From Lobosporangium transversale (taxonomy: Eukaryota), in the NCBI RefSeq assembly GCF_002105155.1, contig NW_019029024.1, positions 1-64,000 of the forward strand: DNA of 64,000 nucleotides, in the 5' to 3' direction. The position numbers and the translations under genes were made by a program. Of this stretch, positions 1 to 12,261 are shown piece by piece; position 1 is the first letter of the stretch, and each line of letters starts with the position of its first letter. The notes beneath the pieces were generated by a model that saw nothing but the letters and a program-made list of their open reading frames with translations, was not told the origin of the DNA and did not search any database.

Positions 1-390
1 GAAGAAGACAAACGTCGTCGTAACACTGCAGCTTCTGCTCGTTTCCGCCATAAGAAGAGGCTTCGCGAGCAAGTCCTTGAAAAGACGGCCAAAGAGATGA
101 CAGCCAAGTCTGAATTATTGGAGATCCGTGTCCGAGAATTAGAGATGGAGATCAAATGGCTCCGAGGGCTGATTGTCGAGAAGGATTCTCGTATGTTAGA
201 CATAGCAATTTCATCTGCGTCCCCATCATCGCTGATGTCGACCTCAACAGCAACAACTTCTGCATCATCAAGTGCATCCCTGGCTAGTTCGTTGTCAAGC
301 GTTTCGGCTCTGGCAGCCGTCACTACTAAGAATTCCAAAGCAGAGAACACGCCCACCACGAAAAAGCGTAGCAAGAAAACGAAAGCATAG
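1..390 (+). CDS. bZIP transcription factor, MetR/Cys-3/Zip1-like (5'-truncated by window edge)
   Basis: Frame 1 is open from base 1: EEDKRRRNTAASARFRHKKRLREQVLE...LEIRVRELEMEIKWLRGLIVE. The KRRRNTAASARFR basic region plus leucine zipper is typical of the fungal sulfur-regulator bZIP family. Stop TAG ends at 390. Confidence 0.85.
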   Translation, partial: EEDKRRRNTAASARFRHKKRLREQVLEKTAKEMTAKSELLEIRVRELEMEIKWLRGLIVEKDSRMLDIAISSASPSSLMSTSTATTSASSSASLASSLSSVSALAAVTTKNSKAENTPTTKKRSKKTKA

Positions 391-854
391 CAAAGCAAAG
401 CATAGTACATGTTTGATCTTTATTATATTTTAGCATTCCTGTATCAATAAATCCTAGAAAAAAAAACAAAAAAAAACAAAAGCATACTGGTGCAACCATA
501 GCACCTGACTTTTTTTTTGCACCCTCTGAAAATCATTCATTCTGATAACCGCTTCGGCCTTGGAAGAAGGAATTTAAATAATAGTGCAAAGATGAACCAT
601 ACGTTACATGTAGCGAGACGCGTCCTGCACGTGAAGGCTTGTTCATCGTTATCTACGTTGTCTACGAAAATAGGAACCTTCAGGGTCCACCTTCCGCCTG
701 TGCTAGTCTTCAGCCTGCAACAAAAGCAGTCCCTAATTAGTTAAGGGTCAGGAGGATCCACAATTGATATTGTAAACAACCCCACTTTAGGCAGGCGACT
801 GACACAAACGGACAGAGCTCCTTTGCACATTCAAGGAACACACATCACCATCCA

Positions 855-1714
855 ATGGCGTTCAAGTCTCCACCCGCCAAAGTTCACAGCTATGTCACCA
901 AGTTATTGAAGGCTAACCTGATCAAAACGCCTCCTGTTTGGTACCCTGCCGCATCCCTCGCCCCTCCTTCTCCTACATTTGTCAGAGAGGGTGATGTCTC
1001 GGGTGCTAATCGTCAGGCGGAGCTGCCATTTGAGACTGAGGAAAGGCTTCAGAAAGAAAAAGCCGAGGCTGCTGGTACTTCATACACACCTCGGGGAAAT
1101 TCCGCATCAGCACCCTCATCATCAATAGTCCCTCGCTCAGCAAGGACAAATAAACATCTCCGGTGGAAGAGTTTGCGACCAAAGAATTTGTACTATCCAG
1201 AAGATCGTCTTCGCCGGCGGTTCTATGAAGATCACCCATGGGAATTACGCCGTCCTCGCTGCTTGATTGAGACTACAGGAGATGGTACACGTCGGGACTG
1301 GTCGAAATTGCTGCAGGAGGGTCGATCCATCTCTGATCTGACTGGCGAAGAGTACGTTTTTTTTTTATATCCATGCATTTTACCATCTGATTCGCCATTC
1401 ATGGAGAAAAGGAATTTACAGAGGATATGTCATTAACACTAATACTATATCATTACTACTATTTGTATATTTTTTATAGTGTGATTCAGTATCAGATGTA
1501 CCTCATGTCGACAGGAAAATCAGAGCGGGAAGCCTATCATATTGCGACGGAAGAGTTTTATAAACACAGAGCTCAGGAGGAATCAGAAGCCCGTGTGGCC
1601 AAGGCTCAAGCCATGGCTTTTGGACTCCGACCTCGCAGAAGCTTTGTCATGAATGGTTTGAAGCGTGAAGAGGAGGCTCTGCGGGAGGCAGAGAAATCTG
1701 CATCTCGTTTCTAA
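855..1714 (+). CDS. RSM25: Mitochondrial ribosomal small subunit protein mS23 (Rsm25-like), 2 exons
   Basis: PPVWY..., 'YYPEDRLRRRFYEDHPWELRRPR' and 'EAYHIATEEFY...EARVAKAQAMAFG' motifs. Intron 1352-1479 (GTACGT...TAG) joins the two ORFs in frame (TGEDVIQYQ). Confidence 0.85.
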
Positions 1715-2119
1715 GTTGAAAAGGAAGGGTCTCAATCTTTCTCTCTAATCTATGTATTCCAAAGAAATGTTGGATGGTGTTGATATGTTTCTGTATTTTT
1801 TTTTTTTTTTATTTTTTTTTTTTCATTATGCATAGACAATAAGAAAAATAAAGTATGTATGAAGCAAAACAATAATCCATTTTACTTGCCAGGAGAATAA
1901 TATTTCAATTTAAAAAAAAAAAAAAAAGGGCGATGAACAGAGTTTCTTAAAAATTATTGTTGCGATATTTTTATGATACATTTTTTTTTTTCCCTTCGTG
2001 TTCCCTTCTTTAGTTGCGAATCAAAGACCCAAAATCGTAACATTTGTTAATTGCTTCGTAAATAAAATAAAAATGTCTAGCTGTGTCCTCAAAATGAAAT
2101 AAAAGTGGTGTTTAGATTC

Positions 2120-2898
2120 CTATGTAGTCGTCTTCTTGGTCTTGGGGACCTTTTTCCTCTCTTTTTTCTTGAGTGCTGTCATATTGATCTTGACAATATT
2201 CGTGTATTGAACCATGAACCGATCCAAATCCTGAGGTTGGACCTGATTTTCCAGTTTAAAGAAAAAAAAAAAAAAAAATTTTTTTTTGTCAAGATCCTGC
2301 AGAATAAAGCAATGATATGGTCCCTTCAAACTAAATGATCGTTTTCATTGTCTTACAAGAGTTGACAGTTTTGTCTTTGTTCCACAGGAGACACGGACTA
2401 TTGTGGGGTACTCCTGATCCTGTTCATCCACCTTCATGACTGTGTCTCCTGCTGCCTTTTCTTCGGCCTCCTCCGCTGCTCTAATCTTTTTGGTCGTGTA
2501 GGCATCTAACAACAACAATAATAATAATGAGGATTGTACGGTGAGAAATAAATAAAAAAAAAATCATGAATGTGCCATTTTTTACAATTTTTTTTTTTTT
2601 TTTTTCATGCCTTCCTTGTAGAGCAGCACTTTATTTTCCTATCTTATCCCTTACATCTTTTCATAGTCAAATACACAGTGTTTTTGGTCTTTGAGTCCTC
2701 GAAGGCCTTGGCCATTCTAGTGAGGAACTGATACACCATACAGTTGAAAGTTGGAAATATAAAAAACATTAAAAAAAAAAAAACGCCAGGAGTTGATTAG
2801 CAATGGAGGAACTACAGATGACGGTGAATATAATTGTTTATCCTGAAGTAAAAGTTGTCCTGCTTCACTATCTCTACCTTGTCGTTGTCGAGCAGCAT
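2120..2898 (-). CDS. SRP14: Signal recognition particle 14 kDa subunit, 4 exons
   Basis: Spliced reading MLLDNDK|FLTRMAKAFEDSKTKNTVYLTMKR|Y...EYPTIVRVSCGTKTKLSTL|VQPQDLDRFMVQYTNIVKINMTALKKKERKK. All three introns are GT-AG. Confidence 0.92.
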
Positions 2899-3020
2899 CC
2901 TGTTCTATAATGACTGATGATGCAAACGGATGAACAATTATTTTTCTCTAACTCTCTTCACAGATTTTTTTTAAAAAAAAAAAGTACGTCACCGAACCAA
3001 AAAATTTTATTGGAAACTAT

Positions 3021-6000
3021 TTAATTTGCCACCTCTCGACGCGTACGGATCATATCTCCAACTTTTACCACATATGGCGCAACAGATAAGTCTGGGCGAT
3101 GAAGCATGTGCATACCAAAGAAGATTTGACCCTACAAAAAATAGAAACAAAGATAAATAAGTTACTATATTCATTCAATTTAATTACAATACCCAATGGA
3201 ATCATGTATTTCACTCACTCCTGGACTCTTGCGGTGCTTGGAAAGTGCCAAGAAAACATCTGAATTTTTAACTGCAGTCTTTTGGTCAATCGTCACCATA
3301 TGGCAGCGACGACAAGGACCCAAGATCTATTCGTGTAGAATTAAAGAAAAAGTATATATGAATAAGCAATGAATAGGAAAAAGAAAGGTTTTCAAGGCAT
3401 TTGGAAATGAAAATTTAGAGTACTTACATCAAAGACCTGCTGTCCAATCTGGATTCTTGCCCAATGATCCTCCTCAAAGCCAACTTTCTGACCCTTGGTC
3501 ACAAAATTTGCTCTGAAACTATCTGAGGTTAGTTCATGTCGAAGTTTCTTATCTAGATCTTCAGACAAATTAGCCAATCGACGTACGCCTCCTTGACCTT
3601 GATCGTGCTCATCCACCCAGTCTCGGACACGTTCTACGGATTTATCAGCGATCAAGAGGAAGGGACTTTCGTTTGATAACAGAATAGGTGCCCCTGCAGG
3701 CGCATTCAAATGTGACTTGACGAAACGTGAGGATTGCTGCAGCGATGAAGTCGAAGAACTGTCATTGGATGAGGGTGTAGTATGCATGGGATTTTGGGAA
3801 GCAACAGGCTGCCGTGCCAGGCGACAGGGCTTGCCCAAGAATTGGGTGAACCACTCATTGATCTCAGGTGCAGTATAGTGGACGACTGATGTACAATCAC
3901 CACAGACTTTTGAACTTTTAGTAGCCTCCATAGGCATCTCATTCAACGAGATGTAGAGTTTGGTGCTCTTGTTGTTAAAGATATCACTACTCAATTGGGA
4001 TCCATCTTGATCGTGCTCTACAATCATGAGGTTCTGTTCCAATAGAATCTCTGCTCGGATCATACACATGCGTGGGTACCGTTTCTGGGTCATGGCTGCT
4101 CCTGTGACCTCATCCACTAACATCCATTCACGATCATACAATAGACCGTGTGGAGCGATGGGCCAAGGCTGGCTACGCGGTAGCTTGTAGCCACGACAGG
4201 ATTTGATAGGATAAATGATCACGGAGTCGACTTGGATAGGTTCAGAAGAGGTCGTATCGCGGTCAATCTCAGATTGTTCATCAATAAGGTCCTCGCTTTG
4301 TACAATAGTATCGGGATTCGTCGTATCGATGAAGTATTCTTCGAGGAATGCAATGAACCCAAGAACGTCGTCAATAGTAGACATGGCTCCTAGAGAGACG
4401 CGAATTGAGCCCGTAGGTTTACCATTCAGAATATCAGTATCATCCCAACAAACATGGCCAGCCTAATTAAGTATGTCAATTGAAAGTTCAGGTCTTCATA
4501 TTAATACTTTATCGCATTCAGGCCTATCCACAAGCATGAACAACCACGTTATTTAGTACCATGCATTACCTCCAAATTCTTTTTGACCTCGTCTGCAGAC
4601 AAGTCTAGCCAGCGTTGCATTGATCCTGGGTTACAAAAGCCTCCTGTTCGCACATGAATGTTCTTCATACTAGCCAGCCGTTCAACATCGCCATATCCGA
4701 CCCAGTTGCCATTACTTCTCTTCAAGTTGAAGTTGATGATGGGGCCGTACATCTCTGGATTTCCCACTAGTTGCTTTTCTGGGGTTTCGCTCTGTTTTTC
4801 GCCCTCGATGTAAATATCACAAAGTGGTGCACCGTTGTAATGCTTCAAGGCCTTCATAGATTTATACAAGAACTGATGAAGGGCAGTAACATGAGGAGAA
4901 ATGTTGGAGTAGCTCCCGTAAATTTCTTTTATACTCTCGAAGGCTAGATCCAGTGCAACAATATCCAAAAAGTTTAACGTTCCATCCTCAAAGCGTCCGT
5001 GCAATGATGATCGATAGACCTGCCATGGTTCGTCGGACGCAATAGCTGAGACGGTACCCCCACCAAAGTACCTCTTCCGCAACTTGGGCGCAAGCTCAGT
5101 CTTAACAATAACAGCACCAAGTCCTGTAGGAAACCCAAACATCTTGTAAAAAGAGACAACAACAAAATCTGGGCTTGCACTATAGTCACTGAGGTCAAGT
5201 TCAGAAGTCATGACATACGAGGCAGCATCGAGAAGAACCAAGTTCTTGATTGTTCGGGTATCAAAACAGTCTTTGATCCGACGGGTCCATGAGAGTGGGA
5301 AACGACGTCCACCAAAGTTGCATTGAGCTGGGTATGTGAACAAATTGTACGTTGGTTCAGCATTTTTCACTTCGGCGTTGCCATCAGATGAGGTGTTTGA
5401 AGTAGAAGCTGAGATACCAGGTGAAGGAGGGGGTGAAGGATGATGCGATTCTGTAGAGTCATTGCTTTGACCATGGCTCTTGATCGATGATACTGAAAAA
5501 AGTCTTTCTTCTAATTGATCTTCCGTTACTGTTTCAATATCAATAGAACCTCCTTCGTCATCCGCCAGTCCACGCAGACCAACAAGACTAGTATGGGCCT
5601 CTCGAAGGATGGTCAGTTTTGAGGGTGATGCATTGGCTGATGTAGCTGTGGATGATTGCCGTCGAGTCCAGGGAAAGGCCTCTCCAACTAATTTAATACC
5701 GGCTGATGCATTGGCCGTGAATATGACATCCCACTCGCCATGGATCGAGGCCTTGAAGTGCTCAAGAATCTTTTGGCGAGCTGATTCGACTCTTGTTGAG
5801 GATGCTTGTGAGGAAGGAGATTTAGAGTGTGGATTGGCATACAAGTTGGAAGTGAGATCTGCAGTGAATTTTTGAAGAAGGTGATGAGCAGGTAATGTGG
5901 CTCCTGCATGGTCCAAGTAAATAGCATCTATGAAATGATATGACAAAATGTGATGTGGTTTGAGGATCAATCAGATGACGGTCTGTATTGTAGTATTTCT

Positions 6001-6177
6001 TTTGAAGAGGCCATGGTTCTGCCTACAAACAGTCTACTAAAGATAATGTGAATGCATGTAGGGAATACCTTTGAGTTGTGGGTACTGTTCTTTACGAATG
6101 GTGTCGATTGCACCGTTATAGCCGTAGCCATGTGATTCGGTACTTTGAAGGAATTGTGTTTTGAGAGAGGATGTCAT
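3021..6177 (-). CDS. MOCOS: Molybdenum cofactor sulfurase (NifS-like PLP domain plus MOSC domain), 5 exons
   Basis: IYLDHAGATL, SFYKMFGFPTGLG (PLP lysine), YFGGGT, RTGGFCNPG (persulfide Cys), IYPIKSC, YDREWM, FRAN, GPCRRC. GT-AG introns near 5928-6068, 4463-4569, 3327-3427 and 3133-3219. Confidence 0.95.
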
Positions 6178-6827
6178 AAGAGAAATGAATGGAATTGAAA
6201 TGAATGTAGGGCAATAATGCAACAGTGAAGAGACGAATGAACTGAAAGAATGTAAGGGTTAAAGAAATAAGCAAGCGATGCGTGTCCTTTTATAACAGAA
6301 TGAAGGAAAAGTAAGAGAGAGCGGAGTTGTGTACAAGTGGAGAGTAGATGGCAAAGCTAATGAATGTAACAAATGAATGAATGAAGGTCCTTTTACGAAA
6401 AATAAAAAATAAAAAAATCAGTTGTGATGTGGGGCATGTGGAGATGAAAATTACCAAAATAAAAAGTGGATCTTAGTCTCGCGGAAATATATTTTCTGAT
6501 GGAGTAGCCCTTGACAAATAAAGCCATGATCGTCATATCTGAATGTCGAAATGCAATCAATTGGCTGAGAACTGGGATCTTGTTTGTGCTTGTGCCACCT
6601 TCGGAGAGCTTGCTGCAGCAAATCAGATCTCTGTATTTTATTTCATCCTGGGGTTTGCTCTGGTGCGGGGTTGTCTCCTCTCCGATTCTTTCCATTTCCC
6701 TTAGATATGCATTTATTTTGGGTATTAGTACAGGAGAAAGTTTTAAATTATATACTAAATTGTAGTAGGATGTGGGTGTATAAGTAGTAAGCTATTGTAC
6801 AGGTGTATTAATATTCTATTATAATCA

Positions 6828-8807
6828 TTATTTGGTTTCCCAATCCACCTCCTGTGGTGCACCTCGGGGGGGCATGCTATTAGCATAACCAAACACTGAC
6901 TCGCGCTCATATGTCGCTGGTCCTCGGCGCGTCGGGGTTGGCAAGTTCCTTTGCAAGGTTGAGACAGATGGTGGAAGAGGATAAGCTGGATTGTGAACTC
7001 GTTTCGGAAAAGTGGGAGGCGGAGGCACATAATTAGTCTGGTTGTCCATATTGTCATCTGTGTTATAATAGGCTGCCCAGTCATCATCGTCATGATAGTC
7101 TTGATGTTGAGACTCCATTCCAGCTGTAGATGGGTTGCGAAGTTGAGAAAGTCGATTAAATACATTGCGTGTAAATCCTGGTTGCGGGCCTCCCGTAGCT
7201 GGGTTTCTACGTTCTCTTGAGCTATTGTTCTCTCCTCGGCCAAATTCCATATCTGTATTAGGTGACCTTCTAGTATCCTGGTAATCACGTTCAACATCTC
7301 TATACGCGCCAGTTCGGTCATCATAGGCGCCTTGTTCCGCTCCAGAAGGCCCTCGTAGTGTAGAAAAGCGACGCTGAAAGTAACCAAATCGATCTCCTTC
7401 ACCAGCAGGATCGCGCACTTGTGAGGATAGTGCTGTTTTCATCTCGGGAAACGACTCATTGGGTTTGAAAGGTTCAATGGCCAATTTCGATGAGGAAAGC
7501 GAGTCAGCAGCTCCATTGTCCTTTTTAGCGATCTCATTGTCCTTTTTAGCGCCCTTTTCAGTGTCTTCGGATGCCTCCCTGGTTGCTTCCTTGGATTTGG
7601 CGCGTCGTCGGTATCCGCATGTAAACACAACAATAATAAGCACAGTAACCGGAACAGAAACCCCAACGGCTGTTGGCCAGTGAGGCGGGTCATCACTAGG
7701 ATTCGGGGAAGGCGATGGGGTTGATGTCGCTGTTGATGAAATAGAAGTTGTGCTAGTTGCTATCGGTGTAGGCTCTGGTTGTTGCCCAAAAGTTGTTGTC
7801 CATTGGTTTAATTTCATATTGTAGGCTAGGGTTACGTTTGATGATATGGCAGTAACCCCGTTGAAGCCGCCCCATGCGACAAAGAAGTCTCCAGAGATTG
7901 CACAAGCCGATGAGTGTCGGGCAGCAGCTGGAGGAATATCCGGTCCTTTTGTCCAGGTCATAGATTTCACGTCAAGAAAATAAATGTCATTCATGGGGGG
8001 TTGCTCTGCTGTTTTTGCTCCTCCGAATAACACTATCTTTGAGCCGTCACCTGTAGATACAAAGCATGGGAATACACGTCCTGGTGGAGTGACCCCTTTT
8101 GTACTTGGTTTGGACCATGTGTCAAAGGCATTAAGCTGATACAGGCCTTCAGCTGTAATATTATTTAACGTGCCTCCAAATACGAATAGACTTCTAGCCG
8201 TTGTACTCCAAGCGACGCCATAACCAAAAGAGCCTTTAATGTCTTGAGGCATTGGAACGGTGCGAAACTCATTTCTGATGAAATTCAGCTTGAGAAGTGA
8301 ATTCGTATTATCAGGTTCCACATTCCCATTTGGAATGAACACAAAGCTATTTTGTGAGTCGGTCGCTGCACTTAACCCTGGAGACTTATTGAATGATATG
8401 GAGCCCATTATTCTAATCCATTTGATTTCCGGACCTTTATATACATTTACACCGCCGTTTACCATGATCATCACCTCTTCACCTTGAGGTGTAATGGTGC
8501 ACGGGGAGTAGGGAACTGCTGGGCTGTCGAGTAGTGTTTGGGATTGGTATATGGGGCTGGTAGTGTTCCATGGTTTTGAGAGGTCGATGGAAAATGCTTG
8601 AGACACGGCGTTGGTGGGGCTGCCATATCCACCTTGTATATACAAAACTTTCCCATCAATGAATGCACTCGGCGAACCAAAAGTGACAATAGGTTTAAAT
8701 AGTTGAGCCAGAACGGGGTGATTATAAGTGGAAAGAAGAAGAAAGTGTGAAATGAACTGGAGGAAGACGAGCAGATAGATTCTAGAACCCAAAGCCGAAG
8801 ACGGCAT
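6828..8807 (-). CDS. Single-pass membrane protein with extracellular kelch beta-propeller, S/T-rich stalk and disordered cytoplasmic tail
   Basis: Intronless 659-aa ORF with an N-terminal hydrophobic signal, kelch motifs (LYIQGG, LFVFGG, IVLFGG, FFVAWGG), S/T/P linker, and TM segment AVGVSVPVTVLIIVVFTCGY followed by RRR. Confidence 0.85.
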   Translation of the reverse strand: MPSSALGSRIYLLVFLQFISHFLLLSTYNHPVLAQLFKPIVTFGSPSAFIDGKVLYIQGGYGSPTNAVSQAFSIDLSKPWNTTSPIYQSQTLLDSPAVPYSPCTITPQGEEVMIMVNGGVNVYKGPEIKWIRIMGSISFNKSPGLSAATDSQNSFVFIPNGNVEPDNTNSLLKLNFIRNEFRTVPMPQDIKGSFGYGVAWSTTARSLFVFGGTLNNITAEGLYQLNAFDTWSKPSTKGVTPPGRVFPCFVSTGDGSKIVLFGGAKTAEQPPMNDIYFLDVKSMTWTKGPDIPPAAARHSSACAISGDFFVAWGGFNGVTAISSNVTLAYNMKLNQWTTTFGQQPEPTPIATSTTSISSTATSTPSPSPNPSDDPPHWPTAVGVSVPVTVLIIVVFTCGYRRRAKSKEATREASEDTEKGAKKDNEIAKKDNGAADSLSSSKLAIEPFKPNESFPEMKTALSSQVRDPAGEGDRFGYFQRRFSTLRGPSGAEQGAYDDRTGAYRDVERDYQDTRRSPNTDMEFGRGENNSSRERRNPATGGPQPGFTRNVFNRLSQLRNPSTAGMESQHQDYHDDDDWAAYYNTDDNMDNQTNYVPPPPTFPKRVHNPAYPLPPSVSTLQRNLPTPTRRGPATYERESVFGYANSMPPRGAPQEVDWETK

Positions 8808-9615
8808 GATGAAGAGGAGAGGCTAGCGAGCCAGGGCAGCAGATATTATAGTGATAGGATATCAATGGAAGGAATGCAGATAATGCTCAAAATCGGAATG
8901 GAAGTAGGTGGAAGAGAGGAGGTCAAAAAGATAGGGAAGAGGAGTGGTGGAAGTGAAAAGAAGAGAAAGAGCCAAGGTGTAAAATGAACATTCATCCTTG
9001 GATAACTAAAGTGATAACCAATTTTCGAAAAGAAGTAGAAAAGGATAAGAAAGCACCATTCATATCCTTTCCCATGGAAAACTACAAATGTACTTTTTTC
9101 AGGGGTAAATGGAGTGTGAAAAGGTGTTTGTTTCGAAAGCTGCACTAGATCCGTGCATTGTAACACATCTGCTCTGATCGCAAAATTATAATCTAAATTT
9201 TGAGGCAGAGTAATCCCGCCACACTCTCATTTTACCCCTGAATTTTACAATTTGAACTTTAAGACACCCGTTTACTGCATGCTTTTTAATCACTCCAACA
9301 GGAAAAGACATACATGTATATGCCTTATGGCATCTGTTATTGCTCGAGCGCTGCCAATGTAAAAGCAGTTATGACAGCAAATATTTTGAACAGGTGTAAG
9401 TATAATATGTATTCTTTAGTGATTGCCATCTTCTGCACAGGTCGCTAGAATGGTTCAGATGTGATCCACATTAAAATCTTTTTGTTTACCAGGAAATTCA
9501 AATATGATCAAATCAATGTCTCACAAGCCAAGTGGCGATCATTTTGCCTACTTTATGGTTCGTTCCACCCCATTCACTAGAATTTTTAGGAATGTATACA
9601 TACAGGATAGTGATT

Positions 9616-10626
9616 TTATATTTGAGCAATATCTGACTTCCAATTCCTGGCCCGTTCAAAACCGTTCTTGCCATGCTGGTAGTCCTCGAACGTCTCATAG
9701 ATCTCCTCCTGCGAATTCATCACGAATGGACCATACTGTATAATCGGCTCCCTCAATGGCTCGCCTGCGATCAACACAAAGTGTGCGTCTTCATCTCTAG
9801 TCGAGACCTTCACCAACTCCTTTCCATCCTCCGAGAATGTCAGTGTATGATGTGCTCTTCCCTCGAATCCATCATCCCCTACAAACACTGTGCCCTTGAG
9901 TGTATAAATGAATCCAGTATAGCTGGCGGGAATCGTTTGCTCCACAGTCTTGTGCATATCCATCTTAAAATCAAGGTACATAGTTGGTGTTCGAGTATAT
10001 ACTTTACTCCGGACACCATGTGACTCTCCTGCGATCACTTTTATCACTACACCATCTTCAGGCATTGCCCGAGGAATCTCCTTGTCCAACAATTCTTGGT
10101 ATTGAGGCTTACACATCTTGTGCTCCTTGGGTAAATTGATCCAAAGCTGAAGTCCATGTGCTCGATCTTGAGACTTGACCGGCATCTCTGAGTGAACGAT
10201 TCCACGACCCGCTGTCATCCATTGTAGATCTCCAGGCCCAATTGTTCCCTTGTGTCCTGCAAAGTCCTCGTGCTGGAACTGCCCTTCCAGCATATATGTT
10301 ACAGTCTCGAATCCACGGTGTGGATGATCGGGAAAACCGCCATTTTTATCCACAAGAAATTCATCCAACATCAGAAAAGGGTCATGGTTCCGTAATTCTG
10401 GTCGACCAATGGATCGGCGAACGCGCGCGCCTTGACCTTCTGCCTGTTCTGCCGAAAGGACTGCTTTGAGAATAGATCGTGATGAGCTCTTTGGTGTAGT
10501 GCTGTTGCTTGTTATGGTCCCCAAGATGGATTCGATAGGGTTGTTGATAGCATAGTTGCTTTGAGCGAGAGTGCAGGTTTGAAGCAGAGCCCAAGCCAAA
10601 ATTGCTGCTTTAGTAATAGATCTCAT
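9616..10626 (-). CDS. Pirin family (bicupin) protein with N-terminal signal-peptide-like extension
   Basis: RVRRSIG, DPFLMLDEF, GFPDHPHRGFETVTY, QWMTAGRGIVHSEMP and GPFVMN motifs. ATG at 10626 (MRSITKAAIL...). Intronless. Confidence 0.93.
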   Translation of the reverse strand: MRSITKAAILAWALLQTCTLAQSNYAINNPIESILGTITSNSTTPKSSSRSILKAVLSAEQAEGQGARVRRSIGRPELRNHDPFLMLDEFLVDKNGGFPDHPHRGFETVTYMLEGQFQHEDFAGHKGTIGPGDLQWMTAGRGIVHSEMPVKSQDRAHGLQLWINLPKEHKMCKPQYQELLDKEIPRAMPEDGVVIKVIAGESHGVRSKVYTRTPTMYLDFKMDMHKTVEQTIPASYTGFIYTLKGTVFVGDDGFEGRAHHTLTFSEDGKELVKVSTRDEDAHFVLIAGEPLREPIIQYGPFVMNSQEEIYETFEDYQHGKNGFERARNWKSDIAQI

Positions 10627-11145
10627 AGTCAAAAGGAAAAAACGAAACGACATTGATGTTTTCAAAAGGATAATGTTGAAAGTTCCAAGATCCAACGACG
10701 CTTCTTATATCGTTCTTTCCTTTTTCTGCTGACAATTCAATGATCTCGCCTTCGTCTCGTCCCTTTTTTTTTGTCAGACTGCTGACTACGCCGACCAAGC
10801 CACGGACGGGTGGCGTATAGATCTCATAATTGCTTATTCTTCTCGTTTCAAGAGAATATACGCATTCACAATTTTTAATACGTTTTATCAACAGTAAGAA
10901 TAGCCTTAAAGTTTTTTTTTAAAGAGATTGACAATTTTCCATTTTTATTTGCCAGATATGAGGGTATGTATCGGCTCTAAGGTATTGAATTCCTATTGAC
11001 TTAACGGTTCCCGTGCCTTTTCCCCAAAAAAGGAAAGGGTAAAGAGAACTTGTATTGGATCTTCTGGAAACATCCAAACTAAAAGCAATCGAAACAGAGC
11101 TCCAATGCGCCTTGCGTACGCTGGGTCTTGTTCTGCCATACAAAA

Positions 11146-11190
11146 GCCTGCCTGAACTGCCTGCCTGAACTGCCTGCCTGAACTGCCTGC
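11146..11190. repeat. 13-bp tandem repeat GCCTGCCTGAACT x3.5 in the divergent pirin/ERI1 intergenic region
   Basis: Exact copies at 11146, 11159 and 11172, plus a partial copy. Confidence 0.9.
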
Positions 11191-11454
11191 GGCAACTAAA
11201 GGACGCAGCAAAAAAAAAAAAAAAAAATCTTTATAAGCCACACTCACACGATCCTGCATTTTCTTTTCTCAGTTCCCCCTCCTCATATCTCCACCATTTC
11301 TTTATTCACTTCACTACCACTATCGTTGACGGCAAGATTTTCACTTCTGCTCCGGAACAAGCTTACTGATCCCCAGCTCCACATTTATCAGACGACTATT
11401 GGCAAGGGAAAATACCCAAGGAGCAAGGAGATAAAATTATAATTGGCTTCAGAA

Positions 11455-12230
11455 ATGAATATAACAGCTGACGTTCTGCGGGAGCAACTTCAATTACTGG
11501 GGCTAAATACAAAAGGGACAAAGCAGGAACTGAAGCAGCGGCTACGAAAGCGCCTCAAAAAACATCCAGAAAGTAAAGCCATCTTAGAAAAGGCCTATGC
11601 TACTAAGAATGCAACCGTATCCAAGGAACTATCACCATCACCGTCGACGCCAATCTCATATACTGAACAGGACAGAACTGATGACAAGGGCAAGCATAAT
11701 GAAAAAGCTCATGAAGTAGCAACTGGGCCACATGTAGAGGAAATCAAAGAAGGCGCTCGTCAAATTCAGGCAGAGGGCGCGAGCGAACTGCAGTTAGAGG
11801 ATACAGGCAAATCTCAGGGAGAGGATACAAACGAACCACAGGCAGAGGATACAGACAAACCTCAGGCAGAGAATATAGGCAAACCACAGACAGAGGATAC
11901 AAACAATCCTCGGACAGAGACTACGGATATAGCTCAGGCAGAGAAGACAAGCAACCTTCAAGCAGAGACCACAAGTAAACCTCAAGTAGGAGACACAAGT
12001 AAAACTAAGGAAGAGGATAGGAGCAAACCTAAGGCAGAAGACATGAGCAAGCCTAAGGCAGAGGCAACGAGCAAACCTCTGCACAGAAACAGTCGATATG
12101 ATTATTATCTCTGTTTCGATGTTGAAGCGACTTGTGAAGAAGGCTTTTCGTTCGAATTTCCTAATGAAGTCATTGAATTTCCGGTCGTATTGCTTGATGG
12201 CTTGACATTTGAAATTGTAAGGTGAAATTC

Positions 12231-12261
<31 letters not shown>

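Noticed and set aside
1..6177. Possible sulfur-metabolism cluster (MetR-like bZIP near Moco sulfurase)
   Set aside because: The two genes are separated by unrelated housekeeping genes, and proximity alone is not evidence.
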